From assembly GCA_039621445.1 (NCBI GenBank), contig CP154954.1, positions 2,232,001 to 2,296,000 on the forward strand: a stretch of DNA of 64,000 nucleotides, written 5' to 3'. Each line of letters opens with the position of its first letter. Within the stretch, counting starts at the first letter, position 1. The DNA is from Euglena gracilis. Its lineage: Eukaryota. The notes under the pieces are model-generated. The model made no database searches, was not told where the DNA came from, and saw nothing but the letters and a program-made list of their open reading frames with translations. Position numbers and translations under genes: made by a program. Below are positions 60,501 through 64,000 of the stretch, in pieces.

Positions 60501-61660
60501 CATTTTGGGTCCAAAAATGGTCATTTTTGGTCATTTTTGGGCCTCAAAAAATCGCGATTTTTTACCAAAATTTTTTTTCTTGGCTATGCTAGGCACAGGG
60601 GGGGGAGGGGGGGTCCAGGGGGGGGGCGAGCGGCCGCGCGGGGGGGGGGGGGGGGGGGGGGGGGGGTCCCGGACCCCCCCGAGCGGCGCGCCTAGCCTCC
60701 AATGTCTACCTAGTTTGGACCCCTTCGCGGGTGAATAACTCGGGCCTGGCGGAGTTGGGGGTCAAACGGAGGTGTCAGTCACGACTGAAAAAAAATTCCG
60801 GGAACCGGGCCAGGATGATGGTGATAATCCGCCGGTTCCCGAGGTGGGTCGGGGGGGGGGGGGGGTGTTAGACCCCCTTTTGCCCAGGGGTAGCTTCACT
60901 CTTACCCATGAAGGGATAAGAGCTCGGCGACCAGGTTTTGAATAGTGCTGAGCTCTTAATGGGACGTGCATGTAGCGTCGGAGAAGAGCAGCATTGCAAA
61001 TTTCGCATTGCAATGCAGAATTCATGTGCTTCGAACCTGGGCCAAAAAAAAACAAATGGTTCGAAGCCCATGAATTCTGCAATGCAATGCGAAATTTGCA
61101 ATGCTGGTCTTCTCCGTCCTACGTGCAAGTTTTTCTGAAAATTTTCGACATTTTTGACCCGGCTTTGACCCAAAGTCAATGGGTTGGCGGCCAAAAACGG
61201 GTCGCCGGCGGGTCGAAAACACTTATTTTTGGCCTGAAAACAGGGTTTCCGGGTCCGGGAGGCCAAAAATATCGTTTCGGGCAGAATTTTTTTGCATTTT
61301 TTTGACTTTTTGGCCCAAAAATGGCCGAAAAATCAAAACAGGCCAAAACTGCACAAAATGGCCAAAATTGGCCGAAAAATGGCCGTAACTCGGGCCAGGC
61401 GGGGAGTTGCGGGGAAATCAAAATACGGTTAGGTAGGGCATTTTAAGGGCTTCAATTTTGGTCTCCCGGACATTTCCTTTGATTCCCCACAATTTTTGAG
61501 CAATTTTAGAAAAATTCGATTTTTTTTTTACCCCAAAATGATGGCCAAAAACGGCTAAGTCGCAAGCTTGCCACGTTGTTTTGGGCCGTAAATCGGCCAC
61601 ATTTCGGGCTAGGCGGGGAGTTGCGGAGAAATCAAAATAATGAGATGGGAGGTTAGGCAC

Positions 61661-61878
61661 CAGGACGGCGGGGCGAGCACCGTGGGTACCGTAGTGTCCT
61701 TGGATTTCGAGGGGCCGGAGGTGGTGCGCGTAGCGTGGCCCCATGCCCCTGCCCAGCGGCGCCACCGCGACGGCAGCTGTGCGGTGGGCAATTTCTTTCC
61801 TCCTCCGTCCTCTCCCCAAACGTAATGGTCAATACCCGAATCCTCCCCCCATTGCCACGTGGGGCCCCGCACCACCCG
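61661..61878. pseudogene. MIB/HERC2 domain relic split by an inversion
   Basis: Minus 61878-61846 reads RVVRGPTWQWG; plus 61661-61775 reads QDGGASTVGTVVSLDFEGPEVVRVAW. Confidence 0.6.
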
Positions 61879-62674
61879 ATCTGCCCCGGAATCCTGCCCA
61901 TGTCTGTGTGTGAGAGCGCGCGCGTGTGTTGTTTTTGTTGCTGCTGCTGCTGTTGCTGCTGCTGCTGTTGTTGTGGAGTGGATGCGTGAGTGGGCGGGTG
62001 GGTGGGAGGGTTGGTATACGTTCTTGCGTCCTTTCGCGTCCATCCGTCCGTGCATCTGTCCATATATGCATGCATGACTCTGGCCCGGGAGGTTGGACGA
62101 CAATTGGTTTGTGGACAATGCCCCGAAGAGCTCGCTGACCATGGCCTCCCTGAATCTTATAAACCCTATTGTACTTCATAGCCCCGAGGCTGAGCACCAC
62201 AACCAAACACCCGAAATTGAATACCAAAAGCCGAGAACTCTCTCCGGACGTCCACCATGGAGGTGCAGAAGTCACACACAATCGAAGGGGGGCTGAACCC
62301 CCGCGAGGGACCTAGTCAGTTGGCACTGGTTCCAGGACGCATGCCAGTCCGGCCCAGGCTTCTGACACAAGTGGAGGAGAATCATGTGGTCCAAGCCTTC
62401 CGAACACTTTGGCAGAACGGTGCCATTGTTGACACAGAGGTACTCCTTGTCCTTGGCAGGACTGTTTCTAAAGGATATATGAGGTTCGACAGTCCCTCTA
62501 CCAACTTTGACCCAGCACTGGGTGAAGGTCATGCCATTGCTCAAGATTGCCTTAATGTTGCCTCCCCAATGGAAGGATCTGTGGTTTTTTTTTTTAGAGG
62601 AATGATTGTCATGTAAAACTTGTAAAACCCCGCGGTAATTGTCGTCACGGCATTATCCACCCACGGTAATTGTC

Positions 62675-62815
62675 GGCCCCCGGTATTGGCAAGTGGCATG
62701 AGGCACAAGAGGAGGACAAAATAAAGAAGTATGGTGACGGTTGCCAACAAAGAGGCTGGACATTCATTCCCTTTGTGTTGGACTGTTATGGTGGCATGGG
62801 GGATGGTGCGCTCAC
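62675..62815 (+). pseudogene. RLE C-terminal fragment of the 45350-type element
   Basis: GKWHEAQEEDKIKKYGDGCQQRGWTFIPFVLDCYGGMGD, matching 49425-49550. Confidence 0.85.
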
Positions 62816-63369
62816 TTCGGGCCCCCAACGACGGGGTCGGAGGGGTTGCCTGCTATGGGAAGTTACCCCAAAAACCCGACCCCTCTGGAGAGGTCGGATG
62901 GGGTGCTATTGGGTGCCTGCCCCTAGCACTCCCCCCCCACCGTTGGGGTTGGCACCCGATGTTGTGGAAAAGTGAGAAAAGAAGGAAGAGGACAGGGGGG
63001 GGTGGGGGGCTCCGCCCCAAAAGGAATTTCATGGAGAAACTTCACTGGTGAAGCTCACCGGTGAAGTTCACCGGTGAAGTTCGTCCATGTATTTCCAATG
63101 AAGAGAGGGGGGGTGGGGGGGGTCCCGCCCGAAAAACCCAAAGTTCACCGCCTGATCTCCATGGGGCATTTTAAGAGCTTCAATGTAGGTCTCCGGACAT
63201 TTCCTTCAAATTTGCTTCATTTCCGAGATATTTTGAAAACGATTTCTTGACCCCGAAAACAGCCAAAATCGTTTGTGCCATTTTTTTTTGGTCAAAAAAT
63301 CAATTTTTCAAAATATCTCGACAATGAAGCAAAGTCAAAGAAAATGTCTGGAGAGCAAAAATGAAGCCC

Positions 63370-63830
63370 TTGGACAGGGCTGGATAGAGGTAGAGGTAGA
63401 GGTGAAAGTCCTCTACCTCTATCTGACCCACCTCTACCTCTACCTCTACCTCTATGTCACCTCTATGTCCATAAAGTGTCATAAATTGGCACCAACAAGG
63501 GCCACAAAAAGCTCCAAATGCCTCAAATTTGGCAAATTAGTGTCTCAACGCATCTTATTTAGGTTAGGAATGAGAAAAAAATATCCGGATGGGTGGTTTC
63601 AAAAATTGCCATGAGAGATTTGTGACAAGAATGGCCAATTTCTGATTTTTTCCCATAAAACCCATAAAATTGCCTTCATTTGGCATAAATTTTCTTTGAT
63701 AAGCCACTTTCCTTAAAAGTTTCACATTGAGGTGACATAGAGGGATAGTAGAGGTAGAGGTAACCTCTACCTCTACCTCTACCTCTACCTCTACCTCTAT
63801 CCCTCTACCTCTATCCAGCCCTGCCTTGGA
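63370..63830. repeat. Inverted (GTAGAG)n/(CTCTAC)n repeat element
   Basis: GGGCTGGATAGAGGTAGAGG... mirrored by ...CTCTACCTCTATCCAGCCC. Confidence 0.7.
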
Positions 63831-64000
63831 GTGCTCTATCCAACCATGGTTTACTTTTCCCCCAGCCCGAGTTATTGCCATTTTTCGGGCAATTTTAGCC
63901 CGTTTCAAACGCCCCGAAATGGCCGTTTTGGTCCGCAAAAGCGCGCCGGAACACGGGCTAGGCAAGTCGACGGCCAAAACGGCGAACGGGAGGTGACAGA

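Noticed and set aside
58290-60720. Long G/C-run ORFs
   Set aside because: Low-complexity MITE-like repeats; the Gly/Pro ORFs are spurious

Overview
Repeat-dense eukaryotic DNA, very probably from a euglenid: three near-perfect copies of the Euglena-type spliced-leader (SL) exon ACTTTCTGAGTGTCTATTTTTTTTCG are present. The window is dominated by CRE-clade-like non-LTR retrotransposons (RT with YLDD, CCHC zinc knuckle, restriction-like endonuclease). There are five near-full-length copies, one with an intact 1503-aa ORF, plus several fragments. All five long copies carry a 2A/StopGo ribosome-skipping peptide (GD[VI]ExNPGP) just upstream of the RT module. One copy has three 2As, two of which bracket a Dam/DIRS-type N6-adenine DNA methyltransferase domain. 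Three copies begin exactly with the SL exon; for one, the target-site duplication and the empty site are both visible in the window. Divergent copies share a conserved 54-nt structured 3' terminus and appear to swap their pre-2A modules. Also present: a 5.5-kb TIR DNA transposon with a 5-bp TSD, a Crypton-like tyrosine-recombinase fragment beside a perfect 129-bp palindrome, MITEs with 3-bp TSDs, 24-bp and 10-bp satellites, a ~3.5-kb segmental duplication and an inverted MIB/HERC2 gene relic. No intact host gene, rRNA, tRNA or CRISPR array was recognised. All family assignments come from motif recognition by eye, not database searches.
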